Shown: one piece after another, positions 1 through 10,280 of the stretch
Layout: every line of letters begins with the position of its first letter
Position numbering within the stretch: position 1 is the stretch's first letter
Position numbers and translations under genes: made by a program
Notes under the pieces: generated by a model
What the model was told of the DNA's origin: nothing
Database searches by the model: none
Seen by the model: the letters and a program-made list of their open reading frames with translations, nothing else
DNA from: Spirochaetia bacterium
GTDB taxonomy: Bacteria > Spirochaetota > Spirochaetia > SZUA-6 > Bin103
Reading direction: 5' to 3'
Assembly: GCA_965203055.1 (NCBI GenBank)
Contig: OZ241863.1
Location: forward strand, 288,001 to 352,000
Length of the DNA: 64,000 nucleotides

Positions 1-214
1 CCTGCGCGATGCCGGCGCGGCACCCGGCCGCGTAGGCCGGCAGGTAGACCGGTCCCAGCGGGCACACCTCGCCCCAGCCGGAGACTCCCGCGTCGGTGAC
101 CAGCTCCACCACGGTGGCGTCGAATACGGTGACCGCCTTGCCGTCCGCCCAGCGGTAGCTGCCGTCCCGCAGCGGCAGGTCCACCTGGAAGACGTTGATC
201 GCGGTGATCTTCAC
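1..214 (-). CDS. Enolase-superfamily (mandelate racemase/MLE-like) enzyme, hydroxyproline dehydratase/epimerase-like; N-terminal part, runs off the window
   Basis: Manual translation from GTG at 214: MKITAINVFQVDLPLRDGSYRWADGKAVTVFDATVVELVTDAGVSGWGEVCPLGPVYLPAY. Confidence 0.8.
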   Translation of the reverse strand, partial: MKITAINVFQVDLPLRDGSYRWADGKAVTVFDATVVELVTDAGVSGWGEVCPLGPVYLPAYAAGCRAGIAQ

Positions 215-225
215 GGGACGCGGCG

Positions 226-2517
226 CTACTGCGGCTCGGAGATCGCGGCCAGCACCCGGGCCGGAGTCATGGGCAGCGTGGTGACGCGCCCGCCGCCGCC
301 GTCACGGATGGCATTGGCCACGGCGCCGGCGGTGGCGGTGACCGGCGGCTCGCCGACGCCGCGCGCGCCGTGCGGGCCGTGATCCGACAGCACCTCCACC
401 ATCACCGCCTCCAACTCGCGCGCCCCCTGCGTGCTGTCGGGCACCGCGTAGTCCATGAGCGAGCCGGTGCGGAGCTGGCCGTCCGCGTCATGCTCCAGCG
501 CCTCGTACAGCGCCCAGCCGAGACCCTGCACGGCGCCGCCCATGAGCTGCCCGCCGGCGGTCAGCGGGTTGATCGCCTTGCCCACGTCCTGCACCACCGC
601 CAGGCGGTGCACGGCCACGGCCCCGGTTTCGGCATCCACCTCCACCTCGGCGAGCTGCGCGCAGAACGCCGGCGAGCGGCCGCTCGGCGCGGTGCGCCCG
701 TTGCCCTTGACCGGCGCGTAGCGGCCGCCGAACTGCATGGTCTTGGCGGCGATCTCGGCCAGCGGCAGCGCCGGCGCGGGCACTCCCTTCACCCGTACCG
801 CGCCGGCGCTGATCTCCAGGTCGGCCGCGTCGGCCTCGAACTCGGTGGCGGCAATGCGCAGCGTCTGCGCGCGCGCCTCGCGCGCCGCGGCGAACACCGC
901 CGGCCCCACCGAATAGGTGATCTTGCTGCCGCCGGAGGCGCCGGCGTAGTAGCCGGCGTCGCTGTCGGCGCTGATCACCCGCACCTGTTCGGGGTCGATG
1001 CCGAAGGCGTCGGCGGCGATCAGCGCGAAGGCGGTGGTGGTGCCGGTGAGGTCGACCGAGCCCACGTGCACGTGCAGCGTTCCGTCCCGGTTCAGGGTGC
1101 AGGCGGCGGTCGCCCCTTCCACGCCGCCCAGCCAGCCGCCGACGGCCACGCCGACGCCGCGCCCGGCCGCGCGGGCCGCCTCCCGGGCGCGCCAGATGGG
1201 GTGTTCGCGGGCCCGTTCCAGCACTTCGCGCATGCCGATGTTGGGCCACGGCTGACCGTTGGCCATCGGATCGCCCGGGCGCGAGGCGTTGCGCAGCCGC
1301 AGTTCCATCGGATCGAGGGCCAGAACGCGCGCCAGCTCATCCAGCGTACTCTCCAGTGCGAACGCCTGCTGCGGGATTCCGGGGGCCCGGTAGGCGCCGG
1401 TGGACGGCTTGTGGGTGAGCACCGCGGCGCCTTGAACGTCGAGATTCGGGCACTGGTACAGGCTGCCGGCCATCAGCGCCGCGATGGAGTGCGGCGCGTT
1501 GGGAAAGCAGCCGCTGTCGAACTTGAAGTCCGCGGCGATGGCGGTCAGCTTGCCGCCGGCGGTTGCCGCCAGCTTGATGGTGATTGCCGCCGCGGGCGCG
1601 GGCAGCGCGGCGAGCATCTCCTCCTGGCGGGTGAGGACGAGCCGCACCGGGGCGTCCACGGCGCGCGCCGCCAGCGCCACCAGCGGCTCGTAGAGCATGA
1701 ACTTGGCGCCGAAGCCGCCGCCTACCGGCATCGGCTTGACGTGCACGTCCGACTCGGCCACGTCGAGGACGGCGGCCACCTCCTTGCGCACGGCGAACTG
1801 CGCCTGGGTGCAACTCCAAACCGTCACGCCGCCCTCCGCCGCGACCGGATCCACTACCGTAGCGTGCGGTTCCAGGTAGCTCTGGTGCACGCTGGAGGTA
1901 CGGTACCGGCGTTCCACCACGGTGTCGGCTGAGGCGAACGCGGCCTCGGGATCGCCGCGGCGAAAGCTGATGGCGTTGGCGAGGTTGCTGCGCTGCCGGC
2001 CGGCCTCTTCGCCCTCCACGTCGGCGCCGTGGGCCGCGGCCTCATCCGATTCGCCGGGCATTCCCCGCGGCCACACCAGCGGCGCGTCCGCGGCGAGGGC
2101 GCGCTCCAGGTCGGCAACCGCCGGCTGCGGCGCATAGCTGACCTCCACTTCCGGGACGGCGTCGGCGGCCGCGGCTTCCGACTCCGCCACCACCAGCGCC
2201 ACCGGGTGGCCGACGAACATGACCTGGCCGCGCGCCAGCAGCAGGCGCGCGCGGCTGGTGGGCTCGAAGAGCGGCAGGTCGGCGGCGGTCAGCACCCGCA
2301 CCACGCCCGCCGCGGCCTCGGCCCGGCGCGCGTCGATGGCGGTGATGCGGGCGTGCGCGTGAGGGCTGGTAACGAAGCGCGCGTGCAGCACGCCGGTCTG
2401 CGGCAGGTCGGCGGTGTAGCGCAGCGCGCCGGTCACGCGCGCGCGCCCGTCGAGCAGCGGATGCGGCCGGCCGATCGCCGCGCCGGCGGCGGGGGAAGAG
2501 GTGGTTGTGGACGCCAT
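226..2517 (-). CDS. Xanthine dehydrogenase-family molybdopterin-binding large subunit (CoxL-like)
   Basis: Motifs RVTGALRYTADL, VGGGFGAK, GAYRAPG, DVGKAINP, GARGVGEPP; start placed at ATG 2517 (MASTTT). Confidence 0.9.
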   Translation of the reverse strand: MASTTTSSPAAGAAIGRPHPLLDGRARVTGALRYTADLPQTGVLHARFVTSPHAHARITAIDARRAEAAAGVVRVLTAADLPLFEPTSRARLLLARGQVMFVGHPVALVVAESEAAAADAVPEVEVSYAPQPAVADLERALAADAPLVWPRGMPGESDEAAAHGADVEGEEAGRQRSNLANAISFRRGDPEAAFASADTVVERRYRTSSVHQSYLEPHATVVDPVAAEGGVTVWSCTQAQFAVRKEVAAVLDVAESDVHVKPMPVGGGFGAKFMLYEPLVALAARAVDAPVRLVLTRQEEMLAALPAPAAAITIKLAATAGGKLTAIAADFKFDSGCFPNAPHSIAALMAGSLYQCPNLDVQGAAVLTHKPSTGAYRAPGIPQQAFALESTLDELARVLALDPMELRLRNASRPGDPMANGQPWPNIGMREVLERAREHPIWRAREAARAAGRGVGVAVGGWLGGVEGATAACTLNRDGTLHVHVGSVDLTGTTTAFALIAADAFGIDPEQVRVISADSDAGYYAGASGGSKITYSVGPAVFAAAREARAQTLRIAATEFEADAADLEISAGAVRVKGVPAPALPLAEIAAKTMQFGGRYAPVKGNGRTAPSGRSPAFCAQLAEVEVDAETGAVAVHRLAVVQDVGKAINPLTAGGQLMGGAVQGLGWALYEALEHDADGQLRTGSLMDYAVPDSTQGARELEAVMVEVLSDHGPHGARGVGEPPVTATAGAVANAIRDGGGGRVTTLPMTPARVLAAISEPQ

Positions 2518-2721
2518 GGTGCTGGGCCGCAGCATAACCCGAGAGCGCCGCGCAATGGTACGCCGCTTCGGTACGCCGCTTCGGCAGCGGCGCCGGCGGG
2601 TCACGGCCGCGGAGCCGCCCCGGTCGCGCAACCGCGCGCCGCCGGTGCCGCGCCTGCCGCGCCCGCCGCGCCCGCCGCGGTCGATTGACCTCCGCTTCGC
2701 TGCGCCTTTAGGGTAGGGCGC

Positions 2722-3201
2722 GTGACAGAGCCAATCAGCATTTCGGTCACCGTCAACGGCCGGCGCTACGACCGCGCGGTGGAACCGCGCACCCTGCTGG
2801 TCCACTTCCTGCGCGATACCCTGGGCCTTACCGGCAGCCACGTCGGCTGCGAGACCAGCCTGTGCGGCGCGTGCACGGTGCTGGTGGACGGCGCCGCCGC
2901 CAAGTCGTGCACCTTCCTCGCGGCGCAGGCCGACGGGCGCGCGGTTACCACCATCGAAGGGGTAGCCCGGAATGGCAGGCTGCATCCGGTTCAGGAGCAG
3001 CTCTGGCGCCACCACGGGGTGCAATGCGGCTACTGCACCTCCGGGATGGTGCTGGCCGCCATCGCCCTGCTGGAGCGGGAACCGCACCCCACCGAGGCGC
3101 AGATCCGGGAGGGTCTCAAGGGCAACCTGTGCCGCTGCACCGGCTACGCCAACGTGGTGCAGGCGGTGCGCGCCGCGGCCGCCGCCGCGGAGGCCGGCTG
3201 A
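2722..3201 (+). CDS. (2Fe-2S) small subunit of a molybdenum hydroxylase (CoxS-like)
   Basis: [28 protein letters not shown]. Confidence 0.93.
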   Translation: MTEPISISVTVNGRRYDRAVEPRTLLVHFLRDTLGLTGSHVGCETSLCGACTVLVDGAAAKSCTFLAAQADGRAVTTIEGVARNGRLHPVQEQLWRHHGVQCGYCTSGMVLAAIALLEREPHPTEAQIREGLKGNLCRCTGYANVVQAVRAAAAAAEAG

Positions 3202-4070
3202 TGTACCCGGCGCCATTCGACTACCTGCGCGCGGCGAGCGTGGCCGAGGCCCTGGCGGCGCTCGCCGCCCACCCCGACGGCCAGCTCCTGGCGGGCGGGC
3301 ACAGTCTGCTGCCGGCGCTGAAGCTGCGCCTGGCGCAGCCGGCCCTGCTCATCGACATCGGCCGCCTGCAGGCGTTGGCTGGCGTGGAGCGCCGCGCCGG
3401 CCGGCTGCGCATCGGGGCGCTCACCTGCCACGACCGGGTGGCGCGTTCCCCCGAAGTGGCGGCCGGCGCCCGGCTGCTGGCCGAGGCGTGCGCCAAGGTG
3501 GGCGATCCGGCAGTGCGCAACTGGGGCACGCTGGGCGGCAACCTGGCCCACGCCGACCCCGCTTCCGATCCGCCGGCGGCGCTGGCGGCCGCGGGCGCCG
3601 AGCTGGAGCTGACCTCGGCGGCCGGCGTGCGCCGGGTGGCGGCGGCCGATTTCTTCAGCGACCTGTTCGTCACCCAGCTTGGCCCCGGGGAAATGATCAC
3701 CGCGGTGGAACTGCCGGCCGCCGGCGCCGGCACGGGATCGGCGTACCTCAAGCATCCGCACCCCGCCTCCGGCTACGCGGTATGCGGCGCCGCGGCAATG
3801 GTGTCCCTGGATGCGGACGGCCGTTGCAGCGCGGCGCGGCTGGCCGTCGGCGGCGCCGCGCCGGTACCGGTGCTGGCCGACCTCGGCGGGCTGGTCGGCG
3901 CCGAGTTGGCCCCAGCCGCGGTGGATGAAGTGCTGGCGCGCCTCGCCGTGGAGGAGCCGCTCGAAGATTCGTACGCCCCCGGCGCCTACCGGCAACGGTT
4001 GGCGCGCGTCCTCGGGCGCCGCGCCCTGCTGCTCGCCGCGCAGCGGGCGGCGCCCGCCGGAGACGGTTGA
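3201..4070 (+). CDS. FAD-binding medium subunit of a molybdenum hydroxylase (CoxM-like)
   Basis: [43 protein letters not shown] coupling to the upstream gene. Confidence 0.92.
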   Translation: MYPAPFDYLRAASVAEALAALAAHPDGQLLAGGHSLLPALKLRLAQPALLIDIGRLQALAGVERRAGRLRIGALTCHDRVARSPEVAAGARLLAEACAKVGDPAVRNWGTLGGNLAHADPASDPPAALAAAGAELELTSAAGVRRVAAADFFSDLFVTQLGPGEMITAVELPAAGAGTGSAYLKHPHPASGYAVCGAAAMVSLDADGRCSAARLAVGGAAPVPVLADLGGLVGAELAPAAVDEVLARLAVEEPLEDSYAPGAYRQRLARVLGRRALLLAAQRAAPAGDG

Positions 4071-4107
4071 GGCGGCCCGCCACCGCCAGCCGCCGCGCGG
4101 CCGGGCG

Positions 4108-4653
4108 TCAGAACGCCCCGAACTGGTCGTAGCTCTCCTGCAGGGTGAAGCGGCGGCTCCCGCCGCCGCGCGGCGGCCGGTGGGCCAGGCCATTGTAGCC
4201 GCCGCCGTAGAACAGCAGCGGCGGGCCGCCGCGCAGGCCGCCGCCGACTGCCTTGCCGACGATGATCCGATGATCGCCGCCGGGCAGCCGCCGGTACACC
4301 TCGCATTCCAGGAACCCGAGGCAGTCGCTGAAGATCGGCGCGCCGCTGGCGCCGAAGGTGAGGCCGATCCCGGAGAAATCCTTCGGTCCGGGCGCGGCGA
4401 AGCGGTGCGACAACGCTTCCTGGTCGGCGCGCAGGATGTTGACCGCGAACGCCGGGGTCACGGTCAACTGCGGCAGCATCTGGTTGCGCCGATCGATGGC
4501 GAACAGCACCAGCGGCGGGTCGAGGGACAGGGAAGTGACGGAGTTGGCGGTCATGCCCCACGCGCCGTCGGTCCGCCCGCCGGTGGTAATCACCGTCACG
4601 CCGGTGGCGAAGTGGCCCATGATGCGCCGCTGGGCGGCGCCGTCGATCGCCAT
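4108..4653 (-). CDS. Flavin reductase family protein
   Basis: FATGVTVIT, GMTANSVTSLSLDPPLV, GGDH. Confidence 0.92.
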   Translation of the reverse strand: MAIDGAAQRRIMGHFATGVTVITTGGRTDGAWGMTANSVTSLSLDPPLVLFAIDRRNQMLPQLTVTPAFAVNILRADQEALSHRFAAPGPKDFSGIGLTFGASGAPIFSDCLGFLECEVYRRLPGGDHRIIVGKAVGGGLRGGPPLLFYGGGYNGLAHRPPRGGGSRRFTLQESYDQFGAF

Positions 4654-4659
4654 GGGCCG

Positions 4660-5733
4660 TCAGGCGGCCACCGCCGGCACCACCGCGCGCGCCAGCAGTT
4701 CCAGCGACCGGGTCCAGCGCGCCCGGTCGTCCCAGTCGTGGGCGATCATGAGCAGCGTCCCGAACCCCCCGGTAGCCTGTTGCAACGCCCGCAGGCGTTG
4801 GCGGCAGGTCTCCACGCTGCCGACGATGCACAGCTCCTTCATGGCGTAGTCCACCGTGATCTCGGCATCGGGCTGCTCCGGGTGGGTCTTCATCACGTAC
4901 AGCACCTCGCCGGCGGCAAGGATTCTGATCAGGTATTCTAGCGCCGCGGCGAAGGAACCGCCGCGCGCGTGATCCCACGCCTCGGCGTCGCTGTCGGCCA
5001 CGAAGATGCTGCGCGACACCCGCCACAACGCGCGCTGCGGGCGCGGGCGCCCGGCCTGCGCGGCGCCCGCGCAGTAGGTTTCCCAGTGCGCGGCCAAGGT
5101 GGACTGCGGCACCAGATTGGTGCTGATCGGCAGGAATCCGCGCTCGCCGGCGGTGCGCGCCGCCATGGAGTCGGCCTTGATCACGCTCATGCCGATCGGT
5201 GGATGGGGCTGTTGGTACGGCTTGAGCATCACCCCGATGCCGAACGCCGGGTCGGGAGCGCCGGCCTGCACGTGCCAGAACTTGCCGCGGAAGTCGAACG
5301 GCGCCTCCGCCTGCCACAGCTTCATCACCAGCTCCATCCCCTCCATCGTCATCAGGCCCTGGGTCCGGGGATCGGGCAGGTCGAACAGCGCCCAGTCGGT
5401 GGGCACCCCGCTCTGGCCGAACCCGGCGTTGATGCGCCCGCGCGAGAGATGATCGAGCAGCGCCAGCCGCGCCGCCACGTTCACCGGATGGTGGTGGGGG
5501 ATGATCGAAACGCCCGTGCCGAGGCGAATCGAGGTGGTGCGCGGGATCAGCGTGGCGATGAACAGGTCGTTGGAGGGTATCGGCTCCCAGGCCAAGGTAT
5601 GGTGCTGCCCGATCCACGCCTCGGTGAAGCCCAGCGCTTCGGCGCGCACCACCTGCTCGATATCTTCATCGAAGCACGCCGTGCGGTCCTTGCGCGGCGG
5701 ATGCAACGGCATCATGAACATCCCAAGCTGCAT
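4660..5733 (-). CDS. LLM-class (luciferase-like) flavin-dependent monooxygenase
   Basis: MQLGMFMMPLHP, AEALGFTEAWIGQHH, IRLGTGV, LDHLSRGR; adjacent to the flavin reductase. Confidence 0.9.
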   Translation of the reverse strand: MQLGMFMMPLHPPRKDRTACFDEDIEQVVRAEALGFTEAWIGQHHTLAWEPIPSNDLFIATLIPRTTSIRLGTGVSIIPHHHPVNVAARLALLDHLSRGRINAGFGQSGVPTDWALFDLPDPRTQGLMTMEGMELVMKLWQAEAPFDFRGKFWHVQAGAPDPAFGIGVMLKPYQQPHPPIGMSVIKADSMAARTAGERGFLPISTNLVPQSTLAAHWETYCAGAAQAGRPRPQRALWRVSRSIFVADSDAEAWDHARGGSFAAALEYLIRILAAGEVLYVMKTHPEQPDAEITVDYAMKELCIVGSVETCRQRLRALQQATGGFGTLLMIAHDWDDRARWTRSLELLARAVVPAVAA

Positions 5734-5938
5734 TGCCCGCCACTATACGGTAGATCCGGGCCGCCTTTCCGCCCTGGAACCAAGACTACCAGCGCGCCCG
5801 TAAACTCCTGGACGGCCGGCGCCATGTGGAGGTAGGGGCCGAGTCGTTCCGCACCGCCGCCCGCGCCGAGCAGCGGGCCGGCCGCACCCACGCCGCCGCC
5901 TCCCTGACCGCCGCGGGTGTGCTGGCCGCTACCCGCGA

Positions 5939-7271
5939 GGGGCTTCGGGGTTTCGTGTGGGTAAAGGGGCCTGACGGGTAGCGGTGCCGCCGCGAGCAAG
6001 GCTACGTTGGCGCCATGCGTGACAAGGAACTGTACGGCAGGATTCTGGGCGTCGAGGCGCCGTGGCGAGTGGCCGACGTCGAACTGAACCTTCAGGAGGG
6101 CGAGATCGTGGTCCACGTCGAGCACGACGGGCCTCTCACCTGCCCGCACTGCGGCCAAGCCGCGCGCCGCTACGACAGCCGGCACCGGCGGTGGCGCCAT
6201 CTGGACACCTGCCAGTACCGCACGGTGCTGGCCGCCGACGTACCGCGGTCTCAGTGCCGGCAGCACGGCGTCAAGCAGATCGAGGTGCCGTGGAGCGAAG
6301 GCCGCTCGCGGCTGACAGCGCTGTGTGAAGCGGTCGTGATCGACTGGCTGCAGCACGCCACGATCGCGGCAGTAGCGCAGCAGATGCGGCTCAGCTGGGA
6401 CGAAGTCGACGGGGTGATGCAGCGCGCGGTGCAACGCGGCTTACGCCGGCGTGCGGTGCAGTTGCCGCCGCGGATCGGGGTGGACGAGACGTCGTTTCAG
6501 AAGCGCCATGAGTACGTGACGGTGATCAACGATCTGGACGGGCACGTCGTGCACGTGGCCGATGGCCGCCGCAAGGAGGTGTTGGAGCAGTTCTACCAGC
6601 AGTTTGACGATGAGCAGTTGGCTGGGGTCGAGACGGTCGCCATGGACATGTGGGAGCCGTACATCAGCGCGACCGCCGCCTACGTGCCGGAGGCGCAGCT
6701 CAAGATCGCGTTCGACAAGTTCCACGTCGCCAAGCACCTCGGCGACGCCGTTGACCAGGTGCGGCGAGCCGAGAGCCGCCGGCTGGCCGGCAGCGGTGAC
6801 GATCGGCTGAAGGGCAGCCGCTATGCGTGGCTGACCAACCCCGAACACATGGACGCCGAGCGTTGGGAGCGGTTCGCTGCCTTGCGCGACAGCGCGCTGC
6901 AGACCGCGCGCGCCTGGAGCTACAAGGAACATGCGATGACGCTGTGGAGCTATCGCACCCGCGGGTGGGCGCGCGAGGCGTGGCAGAGGTGGTACCAGTC
7001 GGCGATCCGGTGTCGGCTGGAGCCGGTCAAGCGGGTAGCGCGGATGGTCAAGCGGCATCTGGAAGGGATCGTGACGGCGGTGGTGCAGAGGGTGAGCAAC
7101 GCGCGGGCGGAGTCGATCAACGCGGGGGTGCAGCGGTTGAAGTACGCAGCGCACGGCTTTCGCAACCGGCAGAGGTTCCGCAACGCCATCTACTTTCACC
7201 TCGGCGGCCTTGACCTCTACCCCGCCGGTGTCGTCCGTGACCACCTCGTCCACACGAAATCCTGAAGACCC
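5939..7271 (+). mobile_element. Complete ISL3-family insertion sequence
   Basis: 22-bp imperfect IRs (5939-5960 and 7250-7271, 19/22 match); 8-bp target duplication ACCCGCGA at 5931-5938 and 7272-7279. Confidence 0.93.
6015..7265 (+). CDS. ISL3-family transposase
   Basis: Zinc finger CPHC...CRQH, GVDETS, VAMDMW, FDKFHV, SNARAESIN, GFRN. Confidence 0.95.
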   Translation: MRDKELYGRILGVEAPWRVADVELNLQEGEIVVHVEHDGPLTCPHCGQAARRYDSRHRRWRHLDTCQYRTVLAADVPRSQCRQHGVKQIEVPWSEGRSRLTALCEAVVIDWLQHATIAAVAQQMRLSWDEVDGVMQRAVQRGLRRRAVQLPPRIGVDETSFQKRHEYVTVINDLDGHVVHVADGRRKEVLEQFYQQFDDEQLAGVETVAMDMWEPYISATAAYVPEAQLKIAFDKFHVAKHLGDAVDQVRRAESRRLAGSGDDRLKGSRYAWLTNPEHMDAERWERFAALRDSALQTARAWSYKEHAMTLWSYRTRGWAREAWQRWYQSAIRCRLEPVKRVARMVKRHLEGIVTAVVQRVSNARAESINAGVQRLKYAAHGFRNRQRFRNAIYFHLGGLDLYPAGVVRDHLVHTKS

Positions 7272-7373
7272 ACCCGCGAATGGGTTCGCTCCGTCGAAAG
7301 ACGCCCTCTACCACGCGCATGGCCTCTCCACCCCCTCGCCGAGCACGCGCTTTGGTATTGGCATCGCGATAGC

Positions 7374-7402
7374 TTGACACTATAGCACATATGCTATATT
7401 GT
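7374..7402 (+). promoter_or_regulatory. Sigma70-type promoter with overlapping palindromic operator for the TA locus
   Basis: TTGACA(7374)-N17-TATTGT(7397); inverted repeat TATAGCA-cata-TGCTATA at 7381-7398. Confidence 0.7.
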
Positions 7403-7409
7403 TGGACCC

Positions 7410-7781
7410 GTGAAGTGGACGGTAGAGACTGCCAGTCGGGCCGTGGACGACGAACTTGAGGATCGAGCAAAAAGAAAGCGAGCGGCAGAGTAGTAAGATC
7501 GAAGACCTGCACAAGAGGTGGATCGATGATCCGGAGTACCGGGCTGCCTACGACGAGCTTGGCCCGAGTTTGATCTGATTCGGTCGGTGATTCTGTCGCG
7601 CATGAGCGCCGGGCTTACGCAGGCCCAGCTCGCCGAGCGGATGAACACGACACAGTCAGCGATTGCTCGCCTGGAGGGGGGGCGCACGTCGCCATCGATC
7701 AAGACGCTGTTGCGGATTGCACAAGCCACGGGAACTCGCCTCAAGATCAGCTTCGAGCCGCACACCGGCAACAACATGTGA
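7410..7781 (+). pseudogene. Degraded HigB/RelE-like toxin stub plus frameshifted HigA-like HTH antitoxin
   Basis: Stub MKWTVETASRAVDDELE...* of 27 codons; then SKIEDLHKRWIDDPEYRAAYDELGP, frameshift near 7565, then FDLIRSVILSRMSAGLTQAQLAERMNTTQSAIARLEGG. Confidence 0.72.
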
Positions 7782-7881
7782 CCCTTCGGCGCAGCAGCTC
7801 AGATCGACAGATGAGATCGGAACTGACCGCTCCTCGGAGCGCAGCGGCACCGGGTCGGCTTATGGTGGCGCCGCTCCACTG

Positions 7882-9076
7882 ATGAAGGGGCAGTTGTTCA
7901 CCCAGTACTTTCTGACCGACGGCATCCGCGCGACGTCGGAATGGGAGGCCGCGGCAGCGCAGCTCGCCGACTTCCGGCACCGCCTGGACCGCTGCTACGG
8001 GCGGTTCGCGGCGCTGCACCAGCCCAACGAGGCGGTGACCGAGCAGGACCTGATCCGCCCGGTGCTGGCGCTGTTGGGATGGAGCGACTACCTGCCGCAA
8101 CAGGGCGCCGCCGGCCGCGAGGACGTCCCTGACCACCTGCTGTTCGCCGACGCGACCGCCAAGGCGCGGGCCGCGGCGCGCCCCGACTCCGGCGCGCGCT
8201 TTCAGGACGCCCTGGTGGTGCAGGAGAGCAAGCGCTTCGGACTCCCGCTCGACCACCGCGACCGCCGCGGCGGCACGCCGCACGGGCAGATGCTGCGCTA
8301 CCTGGCGACCGCCGAGCTCGCTTCCGAACACCGCCTGCGGTGGGGCATCCTGACCAACGGCGGCGTGTGGCGCCTGTACGACGCCCGCGCCCGCCCGCGC
8401 GCCGCCGGGTTCTTCGAAGCCGATCTGGCGGAGGTGCTGCAGCCCGGCGCCGAAGATGGCCTGCGCATCTTCCGGCTGTTGTTCGGGCGCGCTTCCTTTA
8501 CGCTGCAAGGGACGGCGACCGCCGCCTTCCTCGAAGCCGCCATCGTCGAGGGCAAGCGCTACGAGGAGGCGGTCGCGCAGGACCTGTCGGCGGTCGTCTT
8601 CGAGCGCGTGTTCCCGCGCCTGGTGGCGGCGATCGCCGCCGCGGCCGGGGAGGGCGCCGGCCTGTCGGAAGTCCGCTCCGCCGCGCTGATCTTCCTGTAC
8701 CGGCTGCTGTTCCTGCTCTACGCCGAGGACCGCGGGCTGCTGCCGGTCAACGACGCGCGCTACGATGACTACGGCCTGCGCCGGCGGGTGCGCGACGAGG
8801 TGTCCCGCCGGATGGCCGCAGGGGATACCTTCTCCGCGGCGCGCGCCGTTCCCCTGGGACCCCGAGCAGCGCCGCCACCTGCGCGCCCGCCTCGACGCCC
8901 TCTACTTCCACCTCTACGGCCTGTCCCGCGACGCCGCCGCCTACGTCCTCGACACCTTCCCCATCGTCCGCCGCCAGGATCACGCCGCGTGCGGCCGCTA
9001 CCGCACCCGCGACCTCATCCTCGCCTACATGAACGCCTTGGCCGCCGGCGACACCACCACCGTCGTAGCCGAGTAG
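7882..9076 (+). pseudogene. Eco57I-like (type IIG/IIL) restriction-modification gene with the central methylase region deleted
   Basis: N-terminal nuclease part (PDHLLF...ESKR, WGILTNG, IFLYRLLFLLYAEDRGLLP) joins out of frame near 8845 to a typical C-terminal tail (PFPWDPEQRRHLRARLDALYFHLYG...YRTRDLILAYMNALAAGD); no SAM-binding or NPPY motif. Confidence 0.78.
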
Positions 9077-9091
9077 CGCGCGCAACGCTCG

Positions 9092-9781
9092 TCATCGATG
9101 GGACCGCTGGAACAGTCGATACGCTTCCGGATCAAATATGCGAGCTGAGCACACTTCCGACCTGGGGAGCACAACGTTGAAGTCCCGAAGTATCTCGGGG
9201 ATTTCGTCCGGATCATTTTTGATCATTTCGTAGATAATCGGCACATAATCCGTGGTGATATGCAACTCAAGGGTGTCCTCTGATCTGTAGCCACTGACCA
9301 CCGGAACAAGGGTAACGTCCGACTGTCCCCGTTTGGTAATGCTGCGCTGACGAACCATTCCGATGTACGATTTTCTGTTCTTCAAAGACAGCTCGATCAA
9401 CTTTCTCTGTTCGAATGCACGTGCAATCATCATCTCGATGAGGTCTCCATAGTTCTCCGCCGTCCGCTTGGCGGCCCTTTCCTCGCTATGGAATCTGTTG
9501 ATCACCGGAGGTATTATTGCCGCCAACAGTATACTAAGGATAGCGGTATCGACGTAGTTTACCGAGATATAGGCATACCAAAAGCTACGAAGTTGTGGAA
9601 CAAGTGCGTCGATGAAGAGCGCGATTGGATGAGCGAACGAAGCGAGTATTATACCTGCAAGTGCAGACCGAAACAGCAAGTGGTAACCGGACAGACGATA
9701 GATCTCGAAGCGGGTAAAGTTCGCGCGCTGTAAGAACCAGTAGCCCCCCAAACTGGGGATGAGGAGCAAACCGAGACCCAT
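9092..9781 (-). CDS. Hypothetical membrane protein (N-terminal TM helices, soluble C-terminal domain)
   Basis: 229-aa AT-richer ORF with about 3 hydrophobic segments. Confidence 0.7.
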   Translation of the reverse strand: MGLGLLLIPSLGGYWFLQRANFTRFEIYRLSGYHLLFRSALAGIILASFAHPIALFIDALVPQLRSFWYAYISVNYVDTAILSILLAAIIPPVINRFHSEERAAKRTAENYGDLIEMMIARAFEQRKLIELSLKNRKSYIGMVRQRSITKRGQSDVTLVPVVSGYRSEDTLELHITTDYVPIIYEMIKNDPDEIPEILRDFNVVLPRSEVCSARIFDPEAYRLFQRSHR

Positions 9782-9816
9782 GGAGACAACCCGCTGGTGA
9801 CGACCGGTAACCGGCT

Positions 9817-10032
9817 CTACTTATCCGCGGAAGTTTCTGATCCTTCTGAAGACGCATCGGATGCCCGCTTGTTGGAATCGATGGAGGCGATTCCCACCAT
9901 GCTCTTGACTGCCTTTCTGAATTCCTCGCTGCGCAGCAGCTCGTCCGCTTCGTAGTACATGCCGCCGGTTGCGGTTACGTATACCTTGGGCTTCGAGTCG
10001 CTGTCTGACGGTTTCTTGCTTGATCTCGCCAT
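9817..10032 (-). CDS. Small hypothetical protein
   Basis: 71-aa ORF preceded by GAGGAGG, co-oriented with 9092-9781. Confidence 0.6.
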   Translation of the reverse strand: MARSSKKPSDSDSKPKVYVTATGGMYYEADELLRSEEFRKAVKSMVGIASIDSNKRASDASSEGSETSADK

Positions 10033-10280
10033 GAGTGATCCTCCTCGATGATCGGGTCAACTGCGGCGGGGGAAGCGCGCGTGAACAGCTCGGCCAGGCG
10101 CACGTGCGCAAGCAGGTCCTGCCGCCGGGCGGCGGCCCCGGGCCAATCCGGATCGTGCAGCAGTGCTTGCCGGCGCAACTCGTCGGCGATGCGGAAGCCC
10201 TCCTGTGGTCCGCAGCGGGCTATGCGTTCGGCCCAATAGGCATCTTTCGCGGCGCGCGCCATGCGCCATTCGCGAGCCAT
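9975..10280 (-). CDS. Hypothetical protein (possibly truncated)
   Basis: Plausible N-terminus MAREWRMARAAKDAYWAERI; the tail overlaps the next gene. Confidence 0.4.
   Translation of the reverse strand: MAREWRMARAAKDAYWAERIARCGPQEGFRIADELRRQALLHDPDWPGAAARRQDLLAHVRLAELFTRASPAAVDPIIEEDHSWRDQARNRQTATRSPRYT

Noticed and set aside
226..4070. Aerobic CO dehydrogenase
   Set aside because: Lacks the AYxCSFR motif and cox accessory genes.
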